A stretch of 64,000 nt of DNA, taken from an uncultured Planctomycetales bacterium. GTDB taxonomy: Bacteria > Omnitrophota > Gorgyraeia > Zapsychrales > JANLHA01. How positions within the stretch are numbered: the stretch's first letter is position 1; each line of letters starts with the position of its first letter. Made by a program: the position numbers and the translations under genes. The notes beneath the pieces were generated by a model. The model did not search any database. It had not been told where the DNA came from and saw nothing but the letters and a program-made list of their open reading frames with translations. Positions 40,424 through 49,366 of this stretch are shown here, piece after piece. The stretch lies in contig CAZQQI010000008.1 in the NCBI GenBank assembly GCA_964595465.1, positions 16,561-80,560 of the forward strand, written 5' to 3'.

Positions 40424-41204
40424 GTTGCTCTTCTCCCATCGTCATACAATGATTTCTATTGGCGGCGTGATCACTTGCGGGCCGAATATGATAAATATCC
40501 CCGCTCATTTTTATAACATGGTTTCCGTTGTCCAACCGGATCCGCAACCCGCCGTCCTCATCAATATCCTCGGCCGCACCTTCACACAATCGGCCGGCAT
40601 CCTGCCAGGAAACACGGCAGCCCAGCAGATCGCTCTTCCGGCGCCATTCCTGCCAGACCGGACCCCATCCTGATTCGCTGACCTGCGCGATCCTTCTTTC
40701 GATCTGCCGGCAGACGGTTTCAATAGCGTCGCGCTGAGAAAGGCCCTCGGGCAAATACGCGCGAAGGGTCCCCCCTCCCTCCGGAAGATCCTTTTTCGAT
40801 ACGGCCCAGTTTATCCCGACTCCCAAAATGATCCAGTTCAATTGCCCGCGGTCAATCTCTGCCTGCATCAAAAGGCCGGCGATCTTCTGCCCCTGAAAAA
40901 AAAGGTCATTCGGCCATTTCACACGAGTCTGAACAGAACACATCCTGAATAACGCGTCACTGACCGCGACGGCTGCCAGCAGGGTTAAGCGGGGCGCATA
41001 TCGCGGCAGCCATTGCGGCCGCAGGATCAGGGAAAAATACAATCCCCCCGGAGGGGAGACCCATAACCGTCCCCGCCGGCCCGCTCCGACAGATTGAACC
41101 TCAGCCCAAACCACCGTACCTTCCGGAGCCCCTTCAGCCGCCAGCTCCGCTGCGTCATTCATAGTGGAGCCGGTCTCAGTTTTATAAGAAATACTAATAT
41201 TCAT
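40383..41204 (-). CDS. birA: Biotin--protein ligase (no N-terminal HTH)
   Basis: STMN, QSVGAGRRGRLW, KWPNDL, KIAGLL, GVGIN. Confidence 0.93.
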   Translation of the reverse strand: MNISISYKTETGSTMNDAAELAAEGAPEGTVVWAEVQSVGAGRRGRLWVSPPGGLYFSLILRPQWLPRYAPRLTLLAAVAVSDALFRMCSVQTRVKWPNDLFFQGQKIAGLLMQAEIDRGQLNWIILGVGINWAVSKKDLPEGGGTLRAYLPEGLSQRDAIETVCRQIERRIAQVSESGWGPVWQEWRRKSDLLGCRVSWQDAGRLCEGAAEDIDEDGGLRIRLDNGNHVIKMSGDIYHIRPASDHAANRNHCMTMGEEQHEQRKTRKKNSSG

Positions 41205-41287
41205 ATGGCGTCAGCTTCGGAAGAAATTTTTCCAATCTTACCCTTATCCGCTCGAAAAGTCAATCATGTCAAAAAAAATCCCTGCAA

Positions 41288-41316
41288 TTGACAAATAGCA
41301 GCGGCAATGATATATT
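41288..41316 (+). promoter_or_regulatory. Sigma70 promoter of the tRNA unit (TTGACA-17-TATATT, extended -10)
   Basis: ttgaca 41288-93; tga-tatatt 41311-16. Confidence 0.75.
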
Positions 41317-41356
41317 GTCAGCATCTTACACGTTTTTTAACCTTTTTTATATATTC

Positions 41357-41432
<76 letters not shown>

Positions 41433-41440
41433 TTTTGATT

Positions 41441-41845
41441 ATGCGTACACATGCCGGAATCTGGGGAATCGGGATTATCGAAATCTGTATCGGCGGCGTT
41501 ACCCTGCTGTCCAACTACGGTGCGATGATCACCGGGGTCAATGATAAACCGGGAAACGTCCTGTTTTTTGTCCTGGCTTCGGCAACGGTCTCACTTCTGA
41601 TCGGCATCGGGATCCTGCGCAAGGAACGTTCGGCGTACCGCTTACTGCTTTATTTTTCATCCGTCGTCATCCTGAGCAAAGTCCTGATCTTAATGGACAT
41701 CATCCGTCTGAACGGCGCCCTGCTGACGGCCGTTCCGAATGATACGCGCAGCCTGATCTCGATCCTGTACCATGCCGGCGTCATCATTTACCTGCTCCGG
41801 CCGGGTGTGAAAAACGCATTCGGGGTCAGCACGGCGATAAAATAA
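41441..41845 (+). CDS. Hypothetical 4-TM membrane protein between the two tRNAs
   Basis: Hydrophobic ORF; start moved downstream of tRNA-Ala. Confidence 0.75.
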   Translation: MRTHAGIWGIGIIEICIGGVTLLSNYGAMITGVNDKPGNVLFFVLASATVSLLIGIGILRKERSAYRLLLYFSSVVILSKVLILMDIIRLNGALLTAVPNDTRSLISILYHAGVIIYLLRPGVKNAFGVSTAIK

Positions 41846-41918
41846 TAATGTCAAGGTTGCTTGCTTAAAGAGCGGCAGCTTCCCTTTTTTCCTTATTTTT
41901 CTAGAAAAGAAAGGGATC

Positions 41919-41974
41919 CCGCCACTCCAGCAAGTTTCCTTAACCCTATCTAGAAAAACTTGCTGGAGTGGCGG
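41919..41974. repeat. Perfect 19-bp inverted repeat pairing the leader with the tRNA-Leu 5' end
   Basis: ccgccactccagcaagttt (41919-37) / aaacttgctggagtggcgg (41956-74). Confidence 0.9.
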
Positions 41975-42044
41975 AATTGGCATACGCGCTGGTCTCAAAA
42001 ACCAGTGACCTCTGGTCATGTGGGTTCAACTCCCACCTCCAGCA
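41962..42044 (+). tRNA. tRNA-Leu(CAA), CCA not encoded
   Basis: GCTGGAG/CTCCAGC acceptor, ctggt-ct-CAA-aa-accag anticodon arm, long variable arm tgacc-tct-ggtca, GTTCAA T-loop. Confidence 0.95.
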
Positions 42045-42053
42045 CTATTATAG

Positions 42054-42091
42054 AAGGCCCTGTCTGCTCAGCAGAGAGGGCCTTTCCTTTT
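42054..42091 (+). terminator. Intrinsic terminator after tRNA-Leu
   Basis: aaggccctgtctgc-tca-gcagagagggcctt followed by tcctttt. Confidence 0.75.
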
Positions 42092-42167
42092 CTTGCACTG
42101 CCGCCGCGTAAAAATTTGCGGTGATTTTCTTCATCTGCCATTACACCCTGTGCTAAAATACTTTCCC

Positions 42168-43694
42168 ATGCACTTTTTCCCAACAAAAAAAATTCAGCCC
42201 GCTACCCCTTTTCTGCTCGCTCTGTTTACAGGTATATTTTCCCTGATCATCCGTCTCATGCTGATCAGCCGCGGGCCGTTTCACGGCGACTGCCTGTCCT
42301 TCGCCCGCGCCGTTGAAAAAACCATAGAAACAGGCCGTCTGCATTATCTGCACAGCCATGGATTTCCTTTCACTGCAATCCTGGGAACCGGGCTCCATTA
42401 TTTTCTAAATGTTTTCGGATTCAATGATCCGGTCATGACGGTCAATCTTTTCAGCGTTATCTTTTCATCGATCAGCGTGGTTTTCCTTTTCATCCTTACG
42501 CGCCGCATAATCAATACGCCCGCGGCGTTCTTTACCGCCGTCCTCTTCAGTTTGAGCCCGGTTTTTTTGGGAAATTCCCTCTACGGCAACACACACATGC
42601 CGGCAATGGCATTATTCCTCGGCGCCCTGCTGTGCCTCACGCAGTTTACAGAGACGTCTAAATCGATCTGGATCTATGCTGCCGGTCTGTTATGGGGCCT
42701 GGCATTCGCCGCGCGGGCACAGGATATTGCCATCGTCTCGCCTGCGTTTCTTATCTGCCTTTGGCGTCCTCACTGGTTAACCCCCGGCAAGACTCCCGGC
42801 AAATCCTTTTACCGGCATAAAATGGCGGCCCTGGGCTTAGGAACTGCCGCGATTCTTTTCCTGTATTGGCCGATCCTGCAATCCCGCTTTTTAAACCAGC
42901 CGCCAAAAGCAGCTCAAGGATTCCTCCAGTCTGAACTTTTTCACTGTCTCATTTTCGATTGGCCGTCAAATGCCATCTACACCATGGAGACCTTTCTGCT
43001 GCCGAATTTTGCCTGGCTGGGGATATTCCTCATCGCCGGCGGCAGCGTGTTTGTCTGGAAAATGTCCTGGCGGCTGGCTCTCATCCTGTCCATTTGGATC
43101 ATGGCCCCTCTGCTTTTCTTCAGTATGCTTTCGATCCTGACGCCCCGTTTATTTATGATCCTGCTTCCGCCCTGTTATCTCCTCTCCGGCATCTGTCTCA
43201 TGCGGCTGTTTCAAACGGACAAGCTCCGCTGGCCGGCTGCGGTTTTATTTTTACTGACGGCCCTTTTCCCGCTCTGGCAGGTCCTGCCGGATTTTGCTGC
43301 CCGCCACCAAAGCGACTCCCTGGCCGAATACGCCCGCTGGGTCAAAACCCAGACCGAACCGGATGCCGTCATTATTTCTACGGATTACAAACAGTTTCTT
43401 GCTTATTACGGGAGCCGGGATGTCACAGGCCGCATGACACAACGTTTTGATCAACAGCAATGGAGGGATTTTCTCAACCGGATCAGCCAGTTATTAGCTG
43501 AAGATCGCCCGGTCTACATCACGAATGTCGGACTCTATTCTTATGACTTCAATTTTTCAAAACGTTTTAAGAACCATTTCCGTCTGGAATACCGCGGATA
43601 CAAACCGCTGGACGATTACCATACCGGCGTTTTAAGACAAACAACCTATCTCAATGATCTCTATCGTGTCCGGCTGAAAAAATCTTCGGATTGA
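42168..43694 (+). CDS. ArnT/PMT-like (GT39, GT-C fold) membrane glycosyltransferase
   Basis: More than 10 TM helices, FHGD loop, LFSLSPVF, AARAQD, PRLFMILLP, periplasmic C-domain. Confidence 0.75.
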   Translation: MHFFPTKKIQPATPFLLALFTGIFSLIIRLMLISRGPFHGDCLSFARAVEKTIETGRLHYLHSHGFPFTAILGTGLHYFLNVFGFNDPVMTVNLFSVIFSSISVVFLFILTRRIINTPAAFFTAVLFSLSPVFLGNSLYGNTHMPAMALFLGALLCLTQFTETSKSIWIYAAGLLWGLAFAARAQDIAIVSPAFLICLWRPHWLTPGKTPGKSFYRHKMAALGLGTAAILFLYWPILQSRFLNQPPKAAQGFLQSELFHCLIFDWPSNAIYTMETFLLPNFAWLGIFLIAGGSVFVWKMSWRLALILSIWIMAPLLFFSMLSILTPRLFMILLPPCYLLSGICLMRLFQTDKLRWPAAVLFLLTALFPLWQVLPDFAARHQSDSLAEYARWVKTQTEPDAVIISTDYKQFLAYYGSRDVTGRMTQRFDQQQWRDFLNRISQLLAEDRPVYITNVGLYSYDFNFSKRFKNHFRLEYRGYKPLDDYHTGVLRQTTYLNDLYRVRLKKSSD

Positions 43695-43726
43695 CGCGCG
43701 GGCGCAGGGCATGGTACACTTATTTT

Positions 43727-44275
43727 ATGAAGAAACTCCGATCCCATACTATGATCTTTCTGCTGGCCGCCGTTGTTTTCGCAGCTGTCCTGCCCGGCAT
43801 ATCTTCAGCGCAAAATGATGACTCCCAAACCATCACGTTAAAAGACGGCAGCCGGATCAAGGGAAAGCTTATCGGAATTCAGGGAAGCACCTATCTCATT
43901 GATACACCGCATATGGGAGAAGTAGAGATCGATTCCGGCGAGATTGCCAACATCGCCCACGGCGCAGAGACAGCAGAGAAGCCTAAGAACGTAACCATGC
44001 AGCCGCAGGGTATGGGTTCAGGGAATGTTCAGCAGGCCCAGAATCTGCTCATGTCCGATCCGGACCTGACCGCAGCTATGATGGAGCTGGCCAATGATCC
44101 GGAAATGGCCGAGCTCTTCAAGGATCCGACCCTGCTTATGAAACTGCAGAGTATGGACCCCGCCGAAATTCAGAATGATCCCCGCATCCAGAAAATCCTC
44201 AGTGACCCCCGCATGCAGCAGATCATGCAGAAAGCCGCGCAGAAATTTCAAGACAGCGGACTGCTGACCCCTTAA
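43727..44275 (+). CDS. Exported protein with an N-terminal beta domain and C-terminal STI1-like DP repeats
   Basis: Signal peptide ending SSA; TITLKDGSRIKG; SDPD/NDPE/KDPT/NDPR/SDPR Met-rich helices. Confidence 0.75.
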   Translation: MKKLRSHTMIFLLAAVVFAAVLPGISSAQNDDSQTITLKDGSRIKGKLIGIQGSTYLIDTPHMGEVEIDSGEIANIAHGAETAEKPKNVTMQPQGMGSGNVQQAQNLLMSDPDLTAAMMELANDPEMAELFKDPTLLMKLQSMDPAEIQNDPRIQKILSDPRMQQIMQKAAQKFQDSGLLTP

Positions 44276-45816
44276 AGATCACCCTGCAAAAACATCTCAA
44301 CGTCATCCAATCCTCGCCCGGCCTCATAATAGGTTTTATTTTGCCGCCATTGCTCAAGCAGCTGATTGAGATATTTTTGGGCGTCCTGCGGCCGGTCGTC
44401 GTGATAAGCCAAAAAGATGAAATTCAGATACGCCTCAGTAAACGCAGGATCCTGCAAAACAGCGTGATGCAAAAACTTTTCGGCCTCTCCGCCTTTTCCA
44501 AGACGCAAAAAGGTTTCCGCTAAGGTGAAATAATCGCGGCCGCTTCCGCGCAGCATGACAGCGCGCTGCAGGGCGCGCCGGGCGGCGGACAGATCTCCCA
44601 TCTCAAGTTTCGTTAACCCGTACCAGTAATAATGTTCGGCATCGGCAGGATCCAGTCGGATCAAATAACGCTGATAACCCGCGGGCGTATTAAGCACGCG
44701 TCCCAGAGAGACACCTCTCACAGCAAATGAAACCATGATCAGAGTGAAAACGATCCAGCGTATTTTAGGTAGTCTTTGCGTTAACCCATCAAAGGCATAA
44801 GATAAGATCAAAGAAAAGCTGAGCACAGTAAAAACAGCATACGGCTCGATCAAAGGCGCTGCCTGCCCGCCCTGCAGAAAAGATGCCAGAAGGCCGCAGA
44901 CCCCTGCCGCAAAGCCTAAGCTGAACCCAGAATTTTTCCGCCGCATGATCATAAATCCGGTCAAAGCCCAACCCGCTGATATGATCAATGCAATCAAAAT
45001 ATTCCCGTTGAGAAACACTCCCAGTTCCGGAGCGCCTGTCCAGACACCGAAATGACGGATAACCCCCTGCCAAAACCCGAAGGCAGGCAGAGGAAAAAGA
45101 CTGCCGGCCGCCCAATATTTCCCCCCGCAATAAACCAGAACGATCACCCAGAAAGGGACTGTCCCCGCCGCTCTTTCTTTAAAAGAAGACCCGCGGTCAG
45201 AGAACACGGCCATGAACAAAAATAATACCGGCAGAAGCAGGGCCGCTTCACTCAACAACACAGCTGCCGCCATCACGCGGACAGCCCACCGGCGCCAGCC
45301 GAAACCATCATCGACGGAGTCTGCCCTCTGACCGCGCAAACAGCAGTAAAGACATAAAAGGATCAAGGCCTGTCCCGGCAGATCTAAGGCAGCAGCCGGA
45401 ACAATGACCATTCCGGTCAGGCCGGGATGCAGCCCATAAAGCAGAGCTGCTATTGCGGCCCCGGGCCGTTTAGCAAATAAACGGCCGAGGGCGTACACGG
45501 TTACTGTAGCGCAGAGATGCCAAACCAATGCCGTGATCTGATAGGGCAAAGACGCGCCGCCGAAAAGAGAATACTGCAGTGCAGCATACGCCGTGCGCAA
45601 AGGAGCATACACACCGCTGCGCATTTCCGGCGGAATGTAATGGATAAAAAAACGGTACGCGTTCTGCCAGTCATGGATCAAACGCCACTGCAGAAGACCG
45701 TCATAATCATATTTCAGCCACTCTTTTCCTAAAGACGGGAGAACGATCAGCAGGACCAGAAATCCTATCCCCGCCGGAACCAGATACCGTTTTTGCCAGA
45801 TCTGTTTAATCATCAT
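44272..45816 (-). CDS. Degenerate TMTC-like membrane protein with C-terminal TPRs
   Basis: VYAPLR, YQITALVWH, LYGLHP motifs parallel the 27.4-kb gene; TPR tail. Confidence 0.7.
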   Translation of the reverse strand: MMIKQIWQKRYLVPAGIGFLVLLIVLPSLGKEWLKYDYDGLLQWRLIHDWQNAYRFFIHYIPPEMRSGVYAPLRTAYAALQYSLFGGASLPYQITALVWHLCATVTVYALGRLFAKRPGAAIAALLYGLHPGLTGMVIVPAAALDLPGQALILLCLYCCLRGQRADSVDDGFGWRRWAVRVMAAAVLLSEAALLLPVLFLFMAVFSDRGSSFKERAAGTVPFWVIVLVYCGGKYWAAGSLFPLPAFGFWQGVIRHFGVWTGAPELGVFLNGNILIALIISAGWALTGFMIMRRKNSGFSLGFAAGVCGLLASFLQGGQAAPLIEPYAVFTVLSFSLILSYAFDGLTQRLPKIRWIVFTLIMVSFAVRGVSLGRVLNTPAGYQRYLIRLDPADAEHYYWYGLTKLEMGDLSAARRALQRAVMLRGSGRDYFTLAETFLRLGKGGEAEKFLHHAVLQDPAFTEAYLNFIFLAYHDDRPQDAQKYLNQLLEQWRQNKTYYEAGRGLDDVEMFLQGDL

Positions 45817-46852
45817 TCGCCCCCATTTGGGAAGGACCAACAGAACCGCGCAGCTGTCCGCAGGCCCCGTTCGCTCCCGTCCCTTTTGACCAGCGTATTG
45901 TTGAGGTGATCTTCTGTTCGGCCAAGGCATCCCGAAAACGATAAACGTCATTACGGCTCGGCATCTTCCAGTTGAACTCGGCGACCGGATTGTAGGGAAT
46001 AATATTCACTTTACACAGCAGGCCCTTGAGCAAAGCCGCCAGCTTCACGACAGCGTCCGGCGTATCCGTCACCCCGGGGATCACAATGTATTCAAAGGTG
46101 ATCTGCCGCCGGGTTTTCTGAACATATTCCCGGCAGGCGGCCAGCAGTTTTTCCAGAGGATATTTTTTGTTCACGGGGATCAGGCGGTCACGTAAAGTAT
46201 TATCAGGAGCATGCAGCGAGACAGCCAGTTCGATCTGCCGGCCGAACTCTGCGAGCCTGCGGATCCCGGGAACGATCCCGCAGGTCGAAACAGTGATCCT
46301 GCGCGCGGCAATGTTCAGGGCGGCGGGATCATTGATCCGCTCAAGGGCCGGGAGAACATGGCCCAGATTGTCCAGAGGCTCGCCGGTCCCCATCATGACC
46401 ACATGACTGATCCTCTGCTCCGCCTGCTGCAGCAGGATCAACTGCGCCAGGATCTCGCCGGCGGTCAGATCTCTCTGCCAGCCGCCGATACCGCTGGCGC
46501 AAAACCGGCAGGCAAATTTGCATCCGGCCTGCGAAGACAGGCACGCGGTCAGCCTGCCGGGCCCCGGGATCAGAACAGATTCGACCTGCTGACCGTCATT
46601 CAGACGCAGTAAAAATTTCTGCGCTTCTGACGGCTCTCCTGTCCGCGCTGTGATCTCAGCAGGGCTCCACTCTAAAACGCGAGAAAGATCCTTTAAGAAA
46701 CCAGCGGGAAGATTGTTCATCCGACCGGGATCAAGCTGATATTTCTGATAAACCCAATCAAAGATCTGCCGGGCACGGAACGGGGGCTGTCCAAGCTCTT
46801 TGCATTGTTCGGTCAGCTGATCCAGAGAAAGGTCAAGAAGGTTTGAAGGCAT
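45806..46852 (-). CDS. rlmN: 23S rRNA/tRNA m2A methyltransferase RlmN
   Basis: CLSSQAGCKFACRFC, MGTGEP, AVSLHA, NIIPYN, GACGQL. Confidence 0.96.
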   Translation of the reverse strand: MPSNLLDLSLDQLTEQCKELGQPPFRARQIFDWVYQKYQLDPGRMNNLPAGFLKDLSRVLEWSPAEITARTGEPSEAQKFLLRLNDGQQVESVLIPGPGRLTACLSSQAGCKFACRFCASGIGGWQRDLTAGEILAQLILLQQAEQRISHVVMMGTGEPLDNLGHVLPALERINDPAALNIAARRITVSTCGIVPGIRRLAEFGRQIELAVSLHAPDNTLRDRLIPVNKKYPLEKLLAACREYVQKTRRQITFEYIVIPGVTDTPDAVVKLAALLKGLLCKVNIIPYNPVAEFNWKMPSRNDVYRFRDALAEQKITSTIRWSKGTGANGACGQLRGSVGPSQMGANDD

Positions 46853-46886
46853 AATAACTTTGCGGGGTTAGCCGGGAAACACCGGC

Positions 46887-47837
46887 TCATTCCTGAAATT
46901 CACCCATAGCGCGGAATTTTTGATAACGCTGCTCAACGATCTCTTCACCTGACAGCCCGGTCAGAAAACGAAGTTCTTTCTGCAGAACCTCTTTCAGGCG
47001 TTCGGCAACCAATTCCGGTTCACGGTGAGCGCCCCCCTGAGGTTCAGGAATAATACCGTCGATAATGCCGAATTTAAGAAGATGTTCTCCGGTCAATTTC
47101 AGCGCTTCGGCAGCGTCAGGGGCGCGAACACTATTGCGCCAAAGAATAGACGCACAGCCTTCCGGAGAAATGACAGAATAATAGGCGTTTTCCAGAATGT
47201 AGACCTTGTCGGCAATGCCGATACCCAGTGCTCCACCACTGCCTCCCTCTCCTATCACAGTAGCAATGATCGGGGTTCGCACACTGGCCATTTCACGGAG
47301 ATTGGTCGCAATAGCCTGTGCCTGTCCGCGTTCCTCCGCGCCTAATCCGGGATAAGCCCCCGGCGTATCAATAAAGATCAACACCGGCAACTGAAACTTC
47401 TCCGCGGTCTGCATTAAACGCAGTGCCTTACGGTACCCTTCCGGATGAGCACAGCCGAAATTCCGCTGAATATTCTCTTTTGTGTCGCGGCCTTTCTGAT
47501 GACCGATAACCATGACTCTCTGCCCGTCGAATGTGGCGAAGCCGCCGATCATGGCCAGGTCGTCGGCGAAAAGCCGGTCGCCGTGTATTTCCACAAAATC
47601 CGTGGTCAGCATATGAATGTAATCCAGCGTGTACGGCCGGGATGGATGGCGGGCGATCTGGACTCTCTGCCAATCACTGAGGTGGTTGTAAACCTCCTCT
47701 TTCAACTGAGAAACTCTCTGCTCGAGTTTCTTGATCTCGGGCGACAGGTCAACTTTTTCATCTGAACCAAAATTTTTTAACTCGTCGATCTTGCGTTCCA
47801 GTTCAACGATAGGTTTCTCGAATTCCAATGCGATCAT
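46887..47837 (-). CDS. accA: Acetyl-CoA carboxylase carboxyltransferase alpha subunit
   Basis: ARHPSRP, PEGYRKA, DTPGAYPG, GEGGSGGAL, YSVISPEGCA. Confidence 0.98.
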   Translation of the reverse strand: MIALEFEKPIVELERKIDELKNFGSDEKVDLSPEIKKLEQRVSQLKEEVYNHLSDWQRVQIARHPSRPYTLDYIHMLTTDFVEIHGDRLFADDLAMIGGFATFDGQRVMVIGHQKGRDTKENIQRNFGCAHPEGYRKALRLMQTAEKFQLPVLIFIDTPGAYPGLGAEERGQAQAIATNLREMASVRTPIIATVIGEGGSGGALGIGIADKVYILENAYYSVISPEGCASILWRNSVRAPDAAEALKLTGEHLLKFGIIDGIIPEPQGGAHREPELVAERLKEVLQKELRFLTGLSGEEIVEQRYQKFRAMGEFQE

Positions 47838-47911
47838 ACAAACCACCTTTTGCTTGTGAAAAGACGGCCGCCGAACATCCGCAGCCGCCTCAAAACCGTA
47901 TATTTCATTCA

Positions 47912-48745
47912 TCAGTCGACAATGGTGACCTCAGTCCCGGAGGGGACGAGATCATACACTTCTTCGACATCCTCATTCAGCATACGCACACACCCGGCCG
48001 TAACCTGCTGGCCGATCGTTTCCGGCTCGATCGTGCCGTGAATACCATAGCCCTCCGCCGAAACATCAAACCCCAGCCAGCGGGTCCCCAGGACATTCTG
48101 GGGGCTTTCCGGAGGGACCACGATCCCGCGGTTAAACCACACCGGGTCAACCAGCTTGGTCGTGATCTTAAACGTCCCGACGGGAGTGGAATTATTCTCT
48201 CCGGTGGAAACATCATAGACCTTCAGGACATCATTTTTGTCCTTCAGGATCAGGATATTCTGCGATTTATCCACATAGATATTGAAATCCCCCTGCCAGA
48301 TCCGTAATTTCTGCCCGACACGGATGACGTCACTTTTCAGATTATTGCTTTTTTTGATCAGCGGAATGGTGACGCCATAGGTCTTACTGATCTTGCCCAG
48401 CGTATCACCCGGTTCGACTTCATGGATCACGGTCTTGCCTTCCACAGGACGGTTGGACAATAACAATTCCATATTCAGATCATACAGTTCTTTTTGAACC
48501 TCACGGGCATTAACAGCCTCGGGATAATTCTGCAGGATCTCCCGGTAAGCCTGTTTAGCCGCCAGCGGCTCATTTTTGCGTTTCAGCTTCTGAGCCTGAC
48601 GGTAAAGATCCTGGGCTTCTTTCTGAACATTGTCTTCAAACGCTGCCGGCTGCTGATCACCGCCGCCGGAGGAAAAGATCATAATCCCTCCGACAACAGC
48701 TGCGGCCGCTATGATTCCTAATAATATATTCCGATTCACGCGCAT
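47912..48745 (-). CDS. LysM-containing L,D-transpeptidase
   Basis: TM anchor, TPR-like helix, LysM (GDTLGKIS...IRVGQKL), GIHGT...TAGCVRM. Confidence 0.93.
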   Translation of the reverse strand: MRVNRNILLGIIAAAAVVGGIMIFSSGGGDQQPAAFEDNVQKEAQDLYRQAQKLKRKNEPLAAKQAYREILQNYPEAVNAREVQKELYDLNMELLLSNRPVEGKTVIHEVEPGDTLGKISKTYGVTIPLIKKSNNLKSDVIRVGQKLRIWQGDFNIYVDKSQNILILKDKNDVLKVYDVSTGENNSTPVGTFKITTKLVDPVWFNRGIVVPPESPQNVLGTRWLGFDVSAEGYGIHGTIEPETIGQQVTAGCVRMLNEDVEEVYDLVPSGTEVTIVD

Positions 48746-48761
48746 CTCCTTTTCATTGGGA

Positions 48762-49202
48762 TTATGACCACAATTGATAAAGCATAACCGCAAGGGCCGA
48801 ACCGAGAAGCATCCCGGCAAAAACCTCGATCGGAGTGTGTCCGACCAGTTCTTTCAGGCGCCCTTCACTGATCTTTCCTTTCCAGTAAATATCATCCAGG
48901 ATCTGATTCAGCAGACCGGCCTGCTGACCGGTGGCCCGCCGCACTCCCTGGGCATCGAACATCGTCACCAGGGCAAAGACCGCAGCCATAGCAAATATGA
49001 CAGAATCAAAACCTTTGCTCATCCCGCAGGCGGCGGCCAATGCCGAAACTCCGGCCGCGTGACTCGAAGGCATACCTCCGGTCCCGATAAACCAGCGGAA
49101 ATTAAAACGTTTCTCACGGAACACACCAATGATGACCTTAATAAACTGCGCTGTAAACCACGTCACCAGGGTGATGATCAAAACTGTATTGTCAAAAACC
49201 AT
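48762..49202 (-). CDS. Divergent PAP2 family protein (DUF212)
   Basis: AQFIK, TGGMPSSH, MFDAQGVRRATG, LVGHTP. Confidence 0.93.
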   Translation of the reverse strand: MVFDNTVLIITLVTWFTAQFIKVIIGVFREKRFNFRWFIGTGGMPSSHAAGVSALAAACGMSKGFDSVIFAMAAVFALVTMFDAQGVRRATGQQAGLLNQILDDIYWKGKISEGRLKELVGHTPIEVFAGMLLGSALAVMLYQLWS

Positions 49203-49366
49203 TCCAGCCCTATTCAGCGGCAAAATTGACTAATATTCTTATTTATGGTAGGTTACATTATAATTTTAATCCCCCTAAAAAGCAAGGCTCTTGCCCGATA
49301 AAAGCCTGCTTTTCTGCAAACATCCATCCCCCTTCATGATCCGATCCCCGTATGAGGAGTCACCTT

